Shown: positions 1-8,249, numbered from the stretch's first letter. The stretch is 10,317 nucleotides of DNA from Cyanobacteria bacterium P01_D01_bin.156 (GCA_039024555.1 JBCCQQ010000109.1:1-10317); one strand, 5' to 3'. The notes: generated by a model from the letters alone, not told the origin. A program made the numbers and translations.

Positions 1-2
1 CA

Positions 3-3000
3 GGCGATGATCGCCCCGATCCGGTCCTCTGTAGTTTGGGTACAGTGCCCCTGACGGTGGCGGATAAACTCTGGCACTACTTTGTGGAAGGCGGTGCGGA
101 AAACCTGGCTTACGGGCTGCAATATCTGGCTCAAACCTGTCTGGATTATTCCTATAAGGTGCCTGAGCCGCAGGCTGTGCCGCAGTGGGGGGAGTATGAA
201 TGGGAAAGGGCTACGGTGTACACACAAGTTCCGGAAACTAGCGTTCAGGGTTGCCTAACCCCCTCTAACTCCCCCTTGGTATGGGGGAGGACCAAAGTTT
301 CCCCCCTTACCAAGGGGGGATTAAGGGGGGTAATGCAGGATTTCGATCTCTCTTCCGAGATGTGTGTACACGCTAGAGGAGAGGGAGAGAGGGGACAGCA
401 ACCCACCGTGGCGATTTTCTTCTATCGGGCTCACTATCTATCTGGCAATACCCGCGTCATTGATTCCCTTTGCGAAGCACTAAAGTCTCGTGGGCTCTCT
501 CCACTTCCTCTGTTTTTGCCATCGCTGCGCAATCCAGAGATTCAGGCTCAGTTATTAACCGAACTGACCAAAAATCAGAGTATTGATCTCATCCTTAATA
601 CCACTGGATTCTCTCTCGCTAAGCTAAATACCGAATCTCCCCAGGTAGATTTTTGGCAATGGCTGGATGTGCCAGTAATTCAGGTAATGCTCAGCGGTGG
701 AAGTGAAGAGCAGTGGCAACAACAATGGCGAGGATTGTCTCCCCGAGATATTGCTATGAATGTAGCGTTGCCGGAGGTGGATGGTCGTATTATTGGTCGG
801 GCAGTATCGTTTAAAGTGGTGCAGACTGACCACCCTCAGCTAGAAACGACGGTGATGGCCTATGAGCCAAAGCCTGACCGGATTAATTTTGTTGCTGACC
901 TGGCGGTTAATTGGGTGACGCTGCGACGTACGACAGCTGAGCAGCGCAAAGTGGCGTTAATTCTGGCCAACTATCCCAACAAAGATGGTCGTTTGGCCAA
1001 TGGAGTGGGCTTAGATACTCCGGCTAGCTGTCTGGAAATTTTGCGATCGCTCCACTCAGCAGGTTACACCCTCGGCTCTATGCCCCCAGAAGAGATTCTG
1101 TCCGCTACCAGTGCGGATCTAATCAACTGGCTCACCCAGGGCATCACGAATGATCCAGAGGGGCGAGACATGCGCCCTGTCCGTCAAACCCTTTCCGCTA
1201 GGGATTACCAGGCATATTTCCAAACATTGCCTGCATCCGTACAACAGGGTGTCATCGAGCGATGGGGAGAGGTAGACCCCAATGCCGATATTCCCATTGC
1301 CGGGATGCAGCTGGGCCACATTTTTGTGGGCATTCAACCCTCCCGTGGCTATGACGATGATCCCTCGTTGAACTACCATGCCCCAGATTTAGAGCCCACC
1401 CATCGGTATCTGGCGTTTTATGCCTGGCTGCGTTTTCAGTGGGGTGCCCAGGCTGTTGTCCATGTGGGCAAACATGGCAATTTGGAATGGCTGCCGGGCA
1501 AGAGTTTGGCGCTCTCTGAAAATTGTTATCCAGAGGTAGCACTGGGGCCAATGCCTCACTTATATCCGTTTATTGTTAACGATCCGGGAGAAGGCACCCA
1601 GGCCAAACGTCGGGCCCAGGCGGTAATTTTAGATCACCTGACGCCACCCTTAACCCGTGCTGAACTGTACGGTTCGCTCCATCGATTGGAAGCGCTGATT
1701 GACGAGTATTACGATGCAGAGTCGTTGGATCCGAAGAGACTTCCTGTGATTCGCGATCGCATCTGCTCCCTAGTCATCCAAGAAAATCTACAACGGGATC
1801 TCAGTCTGTTGCCAGGTTTAGCTCCCGTTCTGCCGCAGCTGCAACTATCCCAAGATCGGCCCGGATTGCGACGAAATGATCAATCCTTAGATTCCAACAT
1901 TTTCAGCGAATTTATTACCCAAACAGATGGCTACCTGTGCGATCTCAAAGAAGCCCAAATTCGGGATGGGTTGCACATTCTAGGACAGTGTCCCGATGGC
2001 AGACAGCTGCGGGATTTGATGGTGGCCATTGCGCGGCAGCCGGGGCCTGGTCGCCAGGGACTGACGTGTGCGATCGCAGAAGATTGGGGTTGGGATCTAC
2101 ACTTTGATCCGCTCACAGCGGATTTAGGTACCGTCATTAAAAATCTGAAAATACCAGAGACTTTGTTACAAGCTGATAAGCTATCTCCCCAAACCTTGCA
2201 CACCACCGGGGACGCTGTCGCTGTACTAGAACACCAGGCAGCTTGCTGGGTAGAACAGTTACTAGCTAAGGAGCTAGGTGGAGAGAATGCTGTGAGCGAT
2301 TTCAGCCCTATTTCTGGCCCAAAAACAACCACAGAACTTAGCTGGATAAGCCAGTGGTTACGGCCTAGACTGGCGCAAACCTTCGAAGAAATCACCCATC
2401 TGTTACATGGCTTAGACGGCGGCTATGTGCCCAGCGGTTCCTCCGGCGCCCCCACTCGGGGACGGGCAGATGTGCTGCCCACTGGGCGGAATTTCTACAG
2501 TGTTGATATTCGCGGATTGCCCACGGAAAGTGCCTGGGATGTGGGCCGTCGAGCGGCGGAAAATCTGGTGGAGCGCTACACCCAGGAGCAGGGAGACTAT
2601 CCTAAAACCCTAGGACTCTCGATGTGGGGCACCGCCACCATGCGCACAGGTGGAGACGATATGGCTGAAGCCCTAGCGCTCCTTGGAGTGAGGCCCGTAT
2701 GGGATGGTGTGGGCCGCCGGGTAGTAGACTTTGAAATCCTGCCCCTGTCGGTGCTGCAGCGCCCTCGCGTTGATGTCACATTGCGCATTTCAGGCTTCTT
2801 TCGCGATGCCTTTCCCAACTTGATCGATCTGTTTAACTCAGCGGTGGCAGCGGTTGCCGCCCTGGATGAACCCGCCGATATGAATCCCCTGGCGGCCCAA
2901 GTAAAGCAAGAATCAGACCATTGGCAGTCCCTTGGATTTACCCCTGAGGATGCAGACATTCGTGCCCAATATCGGGTGTTTGGCTCTAAGCCAGGGGCCT

Positions 3001-3725
3001 ATGGAGCAGGTCTGCAAGGACTGATTGAGGCCCAAAACTGGACTAGCGATCGCGACCTGGTCCAGGCTTATATCAACTGGAGCTGCTATGCCTATGGGCG
3101 ACCCGGCACACCTTCAAAACAGCCACAGTCGGACAAACTGCGCTCTGCCTCAGTTCCTGATGTTTTTCAACAACGGTTAGGACAGCTGCAAATTGTGTTG
3201 CATAACCAAGATAATCGAGAACACGATCTACTAGACTCTGACGACTACTATCAGTTTCAGGGAGGCTTAGTCGCTGCTGTACGTGCTACTCAGGGCAAAA
3301 ATCCCACAGCCTATTTCGGCGATCACTCCCGCCCTCAACAGCCCCGCATTCGTTCCTTACCCGAGGAGATCAGCCGAGTTTATCGATCCCGTGTCGTCAA
3401 TCCTAAATGGATTGCTGGTGTCATGCGCCATGGTTATAAAGGAGCTTTTGAGCTGGCTGCAACGATGGATTACCTCTTTGCCTATGATGCAACCACCCAC
3501 GCGGTGTCTGATTTTATGTATGCTGGCGTTGCCGAGGCGTATATTCTAGACGACAACGTTCAACGCTTTATCCAGACCCACAATCCCTGGGCGTTACGGG
3601 ATATGTCAGAACGGTTGTTAGAAGCCCATCAGCGAGGATTATGGCAGCAGGTTTCGCCCGAAATGCTAGAACAGCTGAGGGCAACTGTGTTAGACGCAGA
3701 AGCTCACATTGAGGAAACACTATGA
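3..3725 (+). CDS. cobN: Cobaltochelatase subunit CobN (5'-truncated at the window edge; contains an in-frame 54-aa insertion)
   Basis: The frame is open from base 3 (GDDRPDPVLCSLGTVPL...), so the TTG at 36 is not the true start. CobN motifs are present: LANYPNKDGRLANGVGLDTP, HVGKHGNLEWLPGK, YPFIVNDPGEGTQAKRR, LPTGRNFYSVD, WGTATMRTGGDD, RVDVTLRISGFFRDAFP, HNQDNREHDLLDSDDYYQFQGG, NPKWIAGVMRHGYKGA. The adjacent cobO supports CobN rather than ChlH. Confidence 0.96.
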   Translation, partial: GDDRPDPVLCSLGTVPLTVADKLWHYFVEGGAENLAYGLQYLAQTCLDYSYKVPEPQAVPQWGEYEWERATVYTQVPETSVQGCLTPSNSPLVWGRTKVSPLTKGGLRGVMQDFDLSSEMCVHARGEGERGQQPTVAIFFYRAHYLSGNTRVIDSLCEALKSRGLSPLPLFLPSLRNPEIQAQLLTELTKNQSIDLILNTTGFSLAKLNTESPQVDFWQWLDVPVIQVMLSGGSEEQWQQQWRGLSPRDIAMNVALPEVDGRIIGRAVSFKVVQTDHPQLETTVMAYEPKPDRINFVADLAVNWVTLRRTTAEQRKVALILANYPNKDGRLANGVGLDTPASCLEILRSLHSAGYTLGSMPPEEILSATSADLINWLTQGITNDPEGRDMRPVRQTLSARDYQAYFQTLPASVQQGVIERWGEVDPNADIPIAGMQLGHIFVGIQPSRGYDDDPSLNYHAPDLEPTHRYLAFYAWLRFQWGAQAVVHVGKHGNLEWLPGKSLALSENCYPEVALGPMPHLYPFIVNDPGEGTQAKRRAQAVILDHLTPPLTRAELYGSLHRLEALIDEYYDAESLDPKRLPVIRDRICSLVIQENLQRDLSLLPGLAPVLPQLQLSQDRPGLRRNDQSLDSNIFSEFITQTDGYLCDLKEAQIRDGLHILGQCPDGRQLRDLMVAIARQPGPGRQGLTCAIAEDWGWDLHFDPLTADLGTVIKNLKIPETLLQADKLSPQTLHTTGDAVAVLEHQAACWVEQLLAKELGGENAVSDFSPISGPKTTTELSWISQWLRPRLAQTFEEITHLLHGLDGGYVPSGSSGAPTRGRADVLPTGRNFYSVDIRGLPTESAWDVGRRAAENLVERYTQEQGDYPKTLGLSMWGTATMRTGGDDMAEALALLGVRPVWDGVGRRVVDFEILPLSVLQRPRVDVTLRISGFFRDAFPNLIDLFNSAVAAVAALDEPADMNPLAAQVKQESDHWQSLGFTPEDADIRAQYRVFGSKPGAYGAGLQGLIEAQNWTSDRDLVQAYINWSCYAYGRPGTPSKQPQSDKLRSASVPDVFQQRLGQLQIVLHNQDNREHDLLDSDDYYQFQGGLVAAVRATQGKNPTAYFGDHSRPQQPRIRSLPEEISRVYRSRVVNPKWIAGVMRHGYKGAFELAATMDYLFAYDATTHAVSDFMYAGVAEAYILDDNVQRFIQTHNPWALRDMSERLLEAHQRGLWQQVSPEMLEQLRATVLDAEAHIEETL
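211..376. mobile_element. MITE-like element inserted in frame within cobN
   Basis: Terminal inverted repeats CTAcgGTGTACACACA (211-226) and TGTGTGTACACgcTAG (361-376), with a perfect 11-bp core at 216-226/361-371. TA (212-213, 374-375), or GCTA (210-213, 372-375), is duplicated on both sides. Removing 214-375 (162 bp) restores a CTAG site and keeps the frame. Internal G/C-run hairpins lie at 269-289 and 300-320. Confidence 0.75.
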
Positions 3726-3958
3726 CCAACCCCACCCCAGAAGAACAGGCCCGACTTCAGAAAATAAAGGCTGCTAAAGATCAGTCCCGCGCTGACCGCG
3801 AAGGCAATGAGAAGGGCCTATACCTTTTATTTACTGGCTTAGGTAAAGGTAAAACCAGTAGCGCCATGAATCTGGTATATCGACATCTAGCTCACGATAT
3901 GAGCGTGGCTGTGGTGCAGTTTATTAAAAATGACAGTGCGTTTCCCGATGGCGATCGC
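1043..3958. repeat. HIP1 octamers (GCGATCGC), five dispersed copies
   Basis: Exact copies at 1043-1050, 1753-1760, 2070-2077, 3046-3053 and 3951-3958. None was seen after 3958. Confidence 0.9.
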
Positions 3959-4342
3959 ATCATGTTAGAAAAACTCAAGGAACGAGGATTTCCAGTGAGT
4001 GTTGCTACCCTTGGTGGAGGTTTTACTTGGGAAACTCAGAACCCAGATCAAGACCAACAGTTGGCAGAACAAGCCTGGCAAACGGCCACCAAGCTGATTG
4101 CAGATCCCGACATTTCTCTAGTTGTTCTAGATGAATTGCACATTGCCCTTAAAAAGGCTCGTCTAGATCTAGCTTCTGTGCTTACCGGTATTCAGTCCCG
4201 CCCCATTAATTGCCATGTGGCCAGTACTGGACGCTATGCTCCCCAGGAATTAATTGATATCGCTGATCTAGTAACAGAAATGACCCGTATCAAGCATCCC
4301 ATCAGTGCAGGTATTCCAGCTCAAATGGGGATTGAATATTAA
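3722..4342 (+). CDS. cobO: Cob(I)yrinic acid a,c-diamide adenosyltransferase (CobO/BtuR family)
   Basis: P-loop-like TGLGKGKTSSA, VVQFIK, GGGFTWETQN, LVVLDEL, TGRYAP..LIDIADLVTEM..IKHP and C-terminal GIEY. Its ATG overlaps the cobN stop (ATGA, 3722-3725). Confidence 0.93.
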   Translation: MTNPTPEEQARLQKIKAAKDQSRADREGNEKGLYLLFTGLGKGKTSSAMNLVYRHLAHDMSVAVVQFIKNDSAFPDGDRIMLEKLKERGFPVSVATLGGGFTWETQNPDQDQQLAEQAWQTATKLIADPDISLVVLDELHIALKKARLDLASVLTGIQSRPINCHVASTGRYAPQELIDIADLVTEMTRIKHPISAGIPAQMGIEY

Positions 4343-4445
4343 TGCATTCACAGATGTCATAGATTTCTCATTAATTAATAACAGAGTTATTGATCAGCTG
4401 TAAGACGGACAAGGTAGATTTAGGAGTAATTGAAATGATTTCTAT

Positions 4446-4544
4446 ATGTCGTCATCTCAATCTGGTCAGGTTAATTTCAAGCAGCTGCGGGAACAGGTTG
4501 GCCTTTCTCAGGAAGCGCTAGCACGCATTGTTAAAGCCATATAG
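4446..4544 (+). pseudogene. Truncated XRE/Cro-C1 family helix-turn-helix regulator
   Basis: Translates as MSSSQSGQVNFKQLREQVGLSQEALARIVKAI*. FKQLREQVGLSQEALARIV matches the first two helices of HTH_3 domains, but the frame stops before the recognition helix, next to IS debris. Confidence 0.65.
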
Positions 4545-4611
4545 TGCGATTTTTGTACTAATTTTTCGAGCCATGTTTTGCAAATCCGCTTTAACGGTTC
4601 CCCGAACCTTT

Positions 4612-4866
4612 AGATGCGCCCTTATCAACGGTGATTACTCTAGGGTCAACCTATTGGGGACACCAAGTACCTCCCTGAGAAAGCGTTTGGCAGTTTTGAC
4701 ATCTCATTTAGCACCGAGCATAAAGTCGAGAGTATTCCCTTCGGGATCAATGGCTTGATAGAAGTACTTGCAAACGACTTTGATTTTGATGCTAGTCTGG
4801 CTGACTTCCTAGAAATCAATCATTGGCAGATTTCAGAGACGGGCGACAGCGCTGATCAATCTCTGG
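4612..4866 (-). mobile_element. Degenerate IS6-family (IS240/IS26-like) DDE transposase fragment
   Basis: Minus-strand translation across frameshifts: PEIDQRCRPSLKSAND / F*EVSQTSIKIKVVCKYFYQAIDPEGNTLDFMLGAK*DVKTAKRFLREVLG / PRVITVDK. This parallels the IS6 pattern PE.DKR.RP.LK.TNDSWRVDETYIK.KG.W.YLYRAVD..GNTLDF.LSAKRD..AAKRF...PRVITVDK. It has in-frame stops (TGA at 4706-4704), a TGAT duplication and loss of the first catalytic Asp. Confidence 0.88.
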
Positions 4867-4940
4867 CCATTCTCGATGTTTGGTAAAGTTGGCGATTTTT
4901 TAAGCCAATTAGTCGCCTAGGGGGAAGACTGTACACCTGA

Positions 4941-5579
4941 TTAAACTATATTTCCAGAAAAATCATTAATCAAAAAAAAGATACCTTCTGACATTAACTG
5001 AATTGAAATAGCTAGGATGAGAAAGCCGAGAACCTGGGTAAATGCCCTCAATCCCCTTTGACCGAGTAACTTAACTAGAGGGCCTCCTAATGTTAGGAAA
5101 AGGTACAAAAGCAAACCTAGTCCTAAAATTCCCAGCAGTGCGCCTGCATACCCGGCCGGGTGTGTGCTCTTAGCTGCGAGCCCAATCACCATGCCAATTG
5201 CTCCTGGCCCGCTGATTAAGGGAATTGCTAAAGGAATTAGCGTGATGTCATCCTGCAGACTCTCAGATACTCTTTGTGACTGTTTGGATGTTTCAGATGC
5301 GGAGATCATCATCCAAGCTGTTCGGGCTAATAACAAACCTCCTGCTATTTGTAATACTCCTAGAGAAATGCCAAAGAAGTCCAACACAAAGCGTCCCAGC
5401 ACTAGGGCAATTGCCAGAACAACAATAACGTTGATAGAGACTCGACGAGCCAGACGGCCGCGACGGTGGGGTGCAATGTCAACTGTCAGGCTATGAAAAA
5501 TGGGAACTGCACCTATTGGATCAGTGATAGGGAATAGTGCCAAAAAAGTGCCAGTTGCAGCAGGTATTAGGTGTTCCAT
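4941..5579 (-). CDS. MarC family inner membrane protein
   Basis: 212 aa with about six hydrophobic segments. Family motifs: LFPITDPIGAVPIF, FFGISLGVLQIAGGLLL, IPLAIPLISGPGAI, LGFLILAISIQ. Confidence 0.92.
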   Translation of the reverse strand: MEHLIPAATGTFLALFPITDPIGAVPIFHSLTVDIAPHRRGRLARRVSINVIVVLAIALVLGRFVLDFFGISLGVLQIAGGLLLARTAWMMISASETSKQSQRVSESLQDDITLIPLAIPLISGPGAIGMVIGLAAKSTHPAGYAGALLGILGLGLLLYLFLTLGGPLVKLLGQRGLRAFTQVLGFLILAISIQLMSEGIFFLINDFSGNIV

Positions 5580-5627
5580 AGCAGAAACGAAATTGTGTTG
5601 ACATAGCCGCCTAAAAGCTCACTGGGC

Positions 5628-5645
5628 TATGTAGATAAATGTAAA
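5628..5645 (-). promoter_or_regulatory. HLR1-like (RpaB-type) site upstream of marC
   Basis: The minus strand reads TTTACATT-ta-TCTACATA against the consensus (G/T)TTACA(T/A)(T/A)-N2-(G/T)TTACA(T/A)(T/A), with one mismatch. It lies 48 nt upstream of the marC ATG. Confidence 0.5.
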
Positions 5646-5896
5646 TAATTTTCAGGGTTGTATAAGGTGAGTGAGCCGTAATTCATGTGGTCGGTTTTCC
5701 GAATCACACTTTCTAAGTAATTAAAAAGATTGGCATATCAAGCCTTCTAAGGCTCTCAAGCACTAGCGGAAATTTACATTATTTAGGCGTCATACTATCT
5801 TTTCAAGGCGTATAGTGCTGGGAATGGATCCGGTCTATGGGTATTGGTGATCATCCGTGGAGACGAAATCATCCGGAGTATCAGCAACGCCGAATA

Positions 5897-5965
5897 AAAA
5901 TTTGCTCTCGTTTTATCGATTCTGACATTTAAATGTCTTTGATCGAAAAGGCAAGAGCAAATTTT
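5897..5965. repeat. 69-nt imperfect inverted repeat downstream of the MATE gene (possible terminator or RNA processing/stability hairpin)
   Basis: AAAATTTGCTCT (5897-5908) pairs with AGAGCAAATTTT (5954-5965). TTTTaTCGAT pairs with ATCGAAAA. The centre is the perfect palindrome GACATTTAAATGTC (5924-5937). Confidence 0.7.
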
Positions 5966-6004
5966 GCTTGGTAGTTCTTTTGTATTGTTGGCTTGAACAA
6001 TTTG

Positions 6005-7387
6005 TTACTGAGTAGCAGCCTCTGGTAAAGCTAAAAATTTTTCAGATTCTGTTGTGCCAGTGAGAGCATTTATTCGGCGAGATTGCCACAGCCAAGCTCC
6101 TAGACCAACTATGCTATTAGATACGCAAGCAGCACCGAAAATACCAACAATTCCAAATAATTGGCTACCTAAATAGGCTAAGGGAACATAAAGCAGTAGC
6201 AGTCGGCATAACGACATCACCATGGCAGGAAGCGGTTTTCCCAAAGCGTTAGATGCTGAACCAGCAGTCAAAACAATACTCAGAGCACCATAGCTAATGG
6301 GCACCAGTGTTAGATAAATACTTGCGCTAGAAATAACGCCAGGATTGCTATCAAACCAGGTAATAATCTGAAATGATGATACTCCCAGTAAGATACCGAC
6401 AATAGCTCCCCAGCCCAGGCAAAAACCGACGCTCAACCGCATTGCTTGTTTTACCCTGTCATATTTTTGAGCGCCCCAGTTTTGCCCAATAAAGGGACCG
6501 ATGCTAGCTGAAATCGCTATAGGGACTATTAGAGCTATAGCTTCTATTCTTGAGGCTAGTCCAAAACCAGCAACGGCCTCAGCACCATAACGAGCCATCA
6601 AACCCGTGATCAGGCCAACAGACAGTGGTGAAATTAAATTAGTTGCGGCTGCAGGTACACCAATAAATAGTAGGCGATGCCAATTTTTGACCAGTGTTGC
6701 CAAACTTGGCACGGTAAATGTCAGTAAGCGCTCTCGGAAGTGGAGAAAGGCAAGCGATGCAATCAGGGTACCTGCACGTGAACATACTGTTGCTAAGGCA
6801 GCCCCTTTAATACCCAGGGCTGGTAATGGACCCCAACCAAAGATAAGTAGTGGATCGGCCACAATGTTAACAAGTGCGGCAAAGGTCATAATTAGACTAG
6901 GAACAACTGTGTTACCAGAAGCGCGAATGGCACTGTTCCCAACTAAAGGAACAACCAGGAAGGCCATTCCTAAATACCAAATGCCCATATAGTCACGAAT
7001 CATTGGAAGTAGGTCAGGTCTAGCTCCCAAAGCCGTAAATAACGGTCTGATGGTCATCAGACCAAGAACGGCAAGAATCCCAACAATCAGGAAAGATAGC
7101 AGCAGACTATCTGTAGTCAGGCGCTGCACATTCCGACGGTTCCCTTTACCGATTTCTCTAGCAATAACAGAGGCTGCGCCTGTACCTAAGCCCATGGCTA
7201 CGCTTGCCAAGATGGACACTACCGGAAATGTAAAACTGATAGCTGCTAGCTCATTCGTGCCCAACTGAGCAATAAAGTACGTGTCAGCTAGACTAAACGC
7301 CAATACTGCCAAGATACCCCAAACCATGGGAAGTGATAGCTTAAGGAGCTGAAGGGAAACTCGACCTGTTGTGAGAGAAGACTGCAT
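6005..7387 (-). CDS. MATE family efflux transporter (DinF-like)
   Basis: Two-repeat, ~12-TM architecture. Motifs: LLKLSLP..., ADTYFIAQLG..ELAA, IRASGNT..P, VNIVADPLLIFG.G..PALGIKGAALAT, GQNWGA. The ATG at 7387 (MQSSLTTG) is preferred over the TTG at 7444, but the start is uncertain. Confidence 0.93.
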   Translation of the reverse strand: MQSSLTTGRVSLQLLKLSLPMVWGILAVLAFSLADTYFIAQLGTNELAAISFTFPVVSILASVAMGLGTGAASVIAREIGKGNRRNVQRLTTDSLLLSFLIVGILAVLGLMTIRPLFTALGARPDLLPMIRDYMGIWYLGMAFLVVPLVGNSAIRASGNTVVPSLIMTFAALVNIVADPLLIFGWGPLPALGIKGAALATVCSRAGTLIASLAFLHFRERLLTFTVPSLATLVKNWHRLLFIGVPAAATNLISPLSVGLITGLMARYGAEAVAGFGLASRIEAIALIVPIAISASIGPFIGQNWGAQKYDRVKQAMRLSVGFCLGWGAIVGILLGVSSFQIITWFDSNPGVISSASIYLTLVPISYGALSIVLTAGSASNALGKPLPAMVMSLCRLLLLYVPLAYLGSQLFGIVGIFGAACVSNSIVGLGAWLWQSRRINALTGTTESEKFLALPEAATQ

Positions 7388-7660
7388 TGTTAAGCTGGAG
7401 TGTTTGGCGGGACGTGAGCCATCAAATTGAAGTGACAAACTCAACAGATACTATGGGTGATGAGAAATTATTGCGATCTTGGAGAAGAAACTCGCTGTAG
7501 TCAGCTAAATCGTCTAAGCCTAAGCAAGTCAATGCTATTTCTGCACTTAACCAGAAAAACATTTTCAACAGTAGCTTTTGCCAATGAATTTGCATGATCC
7601 TGCATTGCTAATGAGCACTGACTTTCTTAGATAGAACTAAAAGGTTGCTAAAACAGCTTG

Positions 7661-8158
7661 CTAGGCCGTTAGTGGGTTAATACCCATCTTGCCAACGATG
7701 AGACGTAGGACAGCGATCTGCTGATTAAAACCAAGGGCTATGAGCTTATTCAGAACTGCCGTTGCTGGTGCAGAGAACTGATAGTCCTGTGGTACCGGAA
7801 TGACATCTCCGGAGCGCATCCACTCGGCCAACTGATACCAAAATGCCAATTTGTTGTTGCTAGTCAGACATCCGTAATCGCGAGTCATCGGATTGTTAGT
7901 TCCTACGACCAAATCGCGCATGAACTGTAATTGCTCTTCATGGGATAGATTAGCCACTTGATAGATTAAAGTTCCGGCTAGCTTAATCCGATCTGTTGCA
8001 CCAGATGGCGCAGGCGTCACTAAACCTCCCATGTTTTCATACAGAAACCATAAGAGACCTAATTGGTCATCAACAGATAGCCTTTGGATGGAGTTCACTG
8101 CATTGGGGACAGCGGCAAAGATATTAGAGTAAATGGGTTTGTCAGCAGCAATATTCAT
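7661..8158 (-). CDS. Helical carotenoid protein (HCP; orange carotenoid protein N-terminal domain only)
   Basis: 165 aa from ATG 8158. Carot_N-like motifs: RLSVDDQLGLLWFLY..MG..VTPAP.GA, EQLQFMRDL, YG.L..NNKLAFWYQLAE.M, V.PVP.DY, L.FNQQI.VLR..V..MG..PL. It has no NTF2-like C-terminal domain. The ORF-track extension to 8236 runs through promoter-like AT-rich DNA. Confidence 0.93.
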   Translation of the reverse strand: MNIAADKPIYSNIFAAVPNAVNSIQRLSVDDQLGLLWFLYENMGGLVTPAPSGATDRIKLAGTLIYQVANLSHEEQLQFMRDLVVGTNNPMTRDYGCLTSNNKLAFWYQLAEWMRSGDVIPVPQDYQFSAPATAVLNKLIALGFNQQIAVLRLIVGKMGINPLTA

Positions 8159-8195
8159 AAAGTGAGTTTCTAGAATCTGAAGCGTTATATTTGGT

Positions 8196-8225
8196 AATGT
8201 AACGTAATATAAATTTATATTGCAA
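8196..8225 (-). promoter_or_regulatory. Putative HCP promoter overlapped by an HLR1-like site
   Basis: The minus strand reads TTTATATT-ac-GTTACATT (8213-8196; one mismatch to HLR1). Candidate -35 TTGCAA (8225-8220) and -10 TACATT (8201-8196) are 18 nt apart. A perfect palindrome AATATAAATTTATATT lies at 8206-8221. Confidence 0.55.
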
Positions 8226-8249
8226 CTACTTGACACTGATCTTGAGTCT

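Noticed and set aside
256..333. CRISPR array
   Set aside because: There are only two hairpin units, in inverted orientation, with no regular repeat-spacer period and no cas genes.
624..3549. Short antisense or alternative-frame ORFs within cobN (624-833, 1119-1379, 1252-1551, 1931-2395, 2425-2613, 2597-2959, 3283-3549)
   Set aside because: They are shadows of a well-supported gene and have no recognisable motifs.
4528..4758. 76-aa + strand ORF
   Set aside because: It is antisense to the IS6 remnant and spans the junction.
4891..4917. GGCGA...TCGCC inverted repeat as a marC terminator
   Set aside because: The stem is short and imperfect, with no convincing U-tract.
5601..5632. ACATAGCC-N16-GGCTATGT inverted repeat upstream of marC
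   Set aside because: The repeat is real, but it is only 8 bp with a long spacer. It cannot be assigned as an operator or riboswitch and matches no riboswitch consensus I recognise.
5795..6004. 69 open codons in frame directly after the MATE TAA (possible readthrough extension)
   Set aside because: There is no recognisable domain or early start codon, the region is largely explained by the hairpin, and TAA readthrough is rare.
3722..8158. Functional link between AdoB12 synthesis (cobN/cobO) and the carotenoid protein through a CarH/LitR-type photoreceptor
   Set aside because: There is no B12-binding regulator or cobalamin riboswitch in the window. The two blocks are convergent and separated by IS debris, so the adjacency is probably accidental.
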